From a virus (lineage: Duplodnaviria; Caudoviricetes), in IMG/VR virus record IMGVR_UViG_3300014204_000161, positions 14,916 to 78,915 of that record: a stretch of DNA of 64,000 nt, one strand, 5' to 3'. The notes beneath the pieces were generated by a model, which had not been told where the DNA came from, ran no database searches, and saw only the letters and a list, made by a program, of their open reading frames with translations. Below, one piece after another: positions 62,338 to 64,000 of the stretch. The position numbers and the translations under genes are program-made. Positions within the stretch are counted from its first letter, which is position 1, and every line of letters starts with the position of its first letter.

Positions 62338-63999
62338 TTACGTTCCTGATACGGTTACTGTTATCATAGTCGGAGTACCTGACGTGCTTGCAACGTTCAT
62401 CACTAACCAGTTTTCACTAGCGATAGATGTGCCGTTTACTGTTCTAGTAGTACCTGCGGTACCCGACGTTGTTGACTGTACTGCCGTTCCAGCATAAGTT
62501 CCAGGAGTAGTTCCGTAGAGAACTGTGAATATTACGTTAGTGTCAGCTGATGTGAACGTATCACATCTAACTGGTGTGAAAGCTACTTTCAACTTAGGTC
62601 CTAAAATTACACCAGGCGCAGGATTTGCAACTACCCAGGTGAAAGTTCTTTCAGGAGCTGCTCCAGATGTTCCAGATGTACCTGCTGCTCCAGACGTTCC
62701 ACTCGAACCTGATGTACCAGAAGATCCAGAAGATCCGGAACTTACTGAGGTCGTACTTAATGCTCCAGTTGCACTAGCTGTTACTAATCTAACGCCATCG
62801 CCAGATAGAGTCGAAAGTGTAGCATTTCCAGCATAAAGTATATCGTTTGTTGTATCGTAATACAGAGTAGTATCAGTCGTGAAATTAGGGTTACCATCAA
62901 CGCCAGAGGTTCCAGAAGAACCGCTTGTTCCTGATGTACCAGACGGCCATGAGGTTCCAGAAGAACCGCTAGATCCAGAAGTTCCTGATGACCCCGACGT
63001 TCCAGAATTTCCACTTGAGCCTGAGGTACCGGAAGAACCTGATGTTCCAGAATTTCCTGAGGATCCACTTGTTCCAGAAGAACCGCTTGTGCCTGAAGAA
63101 CCAGAAGTTCCCGAGTTTCCAGAAGAACCCGATGTTCCAGATTTACCAGACGATCCACTAGATCCTGAAGTTCCAGAGCTTCCACTTGTTCCAGAAGAAC
63201 CTGACGTTCCAGATTTACCAGACGATCCACTTGAGCCTGAGGTACCAGAGCTTCCACTTGTTCCTGAACTTCCAGAAGTTCCTGAGTTACCAGATGATCC
63301 TGACGTTCCGCTTGACCCGGATTTACCAGAGGATCCGCTTGAACCTGAGGTTCCGCTTGAGCCGGAGGATCCACTTGAGCCTGAAGATCCACTTGTTCCG
63401 CTTGAGCCTGAAGTTCCAGAAGAGCCTGAAGTTCCTGAATTACCAGAAGAACCTGAGGTTCCGCTTGAGCCAGAGGATCCAGATGAGCCAGATGTGCCTG
63501 AGTTACCTGAAGAACCTGAAGTACCGCTAGAACCGGATGTTCCGGAAGATCCAGAGGTACCGCTAGAACCTGATGTTCCAGAGTTTCCAGATGAACCGCT
63601 AGAACCTGATGTTCCAGAGTTTCCAGATGAACCGCTTGTGCCTGAGGAACCTGACGTTCCTGAAGAACCCGATTTTCCGGAAGATCCGCTTGAACCCGAA
63701 GATCCCGAAGATCCTGAGGTACCGGAAGAACCTGAAGTTCCTGAGCTTCCACTTGTTCCTGAAGAACCGGAAGTTCCGCTAGAACCGCTTGTTCCAGAAC
63801 TACCAGAAGAACCTGATGTTCCTGAACTACCACTTGTTCCAGAAGAACCAGATGTGCCGGAAGAACCGGAAGTTCCTGAATTTCCAGACGAACCTGATGT
63901 TCCTGAGCTACCGCTTGTTCCTGAAGAACCAGATGTACCACTTGACCCAGATTTGCCAGAAGATCCACTTGATCCAGAAGATCCAGAAGATCCTGAGGT
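62338..63999 (-). CDS. Collagen-like (Gly-Ser/Thr-Ser) fibre protein, 5'-partial (at least 553 aa)
   Basis: The frame beginning at 63999 reads TSGSSGSSGSSGSSGKSGSSGTSG... and continues into the 62338-62592 track ORF; no stop was seen in the stretches read by hand. The track's 62784-63968 ORF is an off-frame shadow. Confidence 0.85.
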   Translation of the reverse strand, partial: TSGSSGSSGSSGSSGKSGSSGTSGSSGTSGSSGTSGSSGNSGTSGSSGTSGSSGTSGSSGTSGSSGSSGTSGSSGTSGSSGTSGSSGTSGSSGTSGSSGSSGSSGSSGKSGSSGTSGSSGTSGSSGNSGTSGSSGSSGNSGTSGSSGTSGSSGTSGSSGTSGSSGNSGTSGSSGSSGSSGTSGSSGNSGTSGSSGTSGSSGTSGSSGSSGSSGSSGTSGSSGSSGKSGSSGTSGSSGNSGTSGSSGTSGSSGTSGSSGSSGKSGTSGSSGTSGSSGTSGSSGSSGKSGTSGSSGNSGTSGSSGTSGSSGTSGSSGNSGTSGSSGTSGSSGNSGTSGSSGTSGSSGSSGTSWPSGTSGTSGSSGTSGVDGNPNFTTDTTLYYDTTNDILYAGNATLSTLSGDGVRLVTASATGALSTTSVSSGSSGSSGTSGSSGTSGAAGTSGTSGAAPERTFTWVVANPAPGVILGPKLKVAFTPVRCDTFTSADTNVIFTVLYGTTPGTYAGTAVQSTTSGTAGTTRTVNGTSIASENWLVMNVASTSGTPTMITVTVSGT

Positions 64000-64000
64000 A

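Noticed and set aside
62525-63968. Track ORFs 62525-62836 (+), 62784-63968 (-) and 63186-63530 (+)
   Set aside because: Off-frame or antisense shadows of the Gly-Ser-Ser repeat gene.
1-64000. Genome-wide TAG-to-Gln (code 15) recoding
   Set aside because: Many 500-780 aa ORFs are intact under code 11 and TAG plausibly ends genes (22098, 32088, 61149); only one in-frame amber was found.
1-64000. CRISPR array
   Set aside because: No regularly spaced identical repeats with unique spacers. The early repeats are promoters with gene-sized gaps, and the Cas4-like nuclease is a common stand-alone phage gene.

Overview
Segment of a large T4-like (myovirus-type) jumbo phage genome, most likely infecting a Bacteroidota host. 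Host evidence: TAnnTTTG-type -7 promoter boxes, SD-less A-rich/RCC-ATG starts, and DUF4494 and DUF3127 genes. 1-6.9 kb is a GC-richer early region of small leftward genes, most fronted by a copy of one ~35-bp promoter element. 6.6-7.45 kb is a non-coding hairpin/repeat block with divergent promoters. 8.6-38 kb mixes late genes (NATAAATA promoters; many share a T4 capsid-targeting-like N-terminal leader) with nucleotide/DNA-metabolism genes (ThyX, metallophosphoesterase, Cas4-like exonuclease, DEDDh exonuclease, HD-guanylate kinase fusion, ATP-dependent ligase), glycosyltransferases and a ~430-nt structured RNA. 38-64 kb is mainly morphogenesis: a core-like protein with a likely programmed -1 frameshift, tape-measure-like, gp26/gp51-like, ECF sigma, PhoH, terminase L/S, gp6 wedge, tmRNA plus GIY-YIG endonuclease, gp15-like, a GT4-heptosyltransferase fusion and a Gly-Ser/Thr collagen-like fibre running off the right end. 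Product calls come from recalled family motifs; no database search was run.
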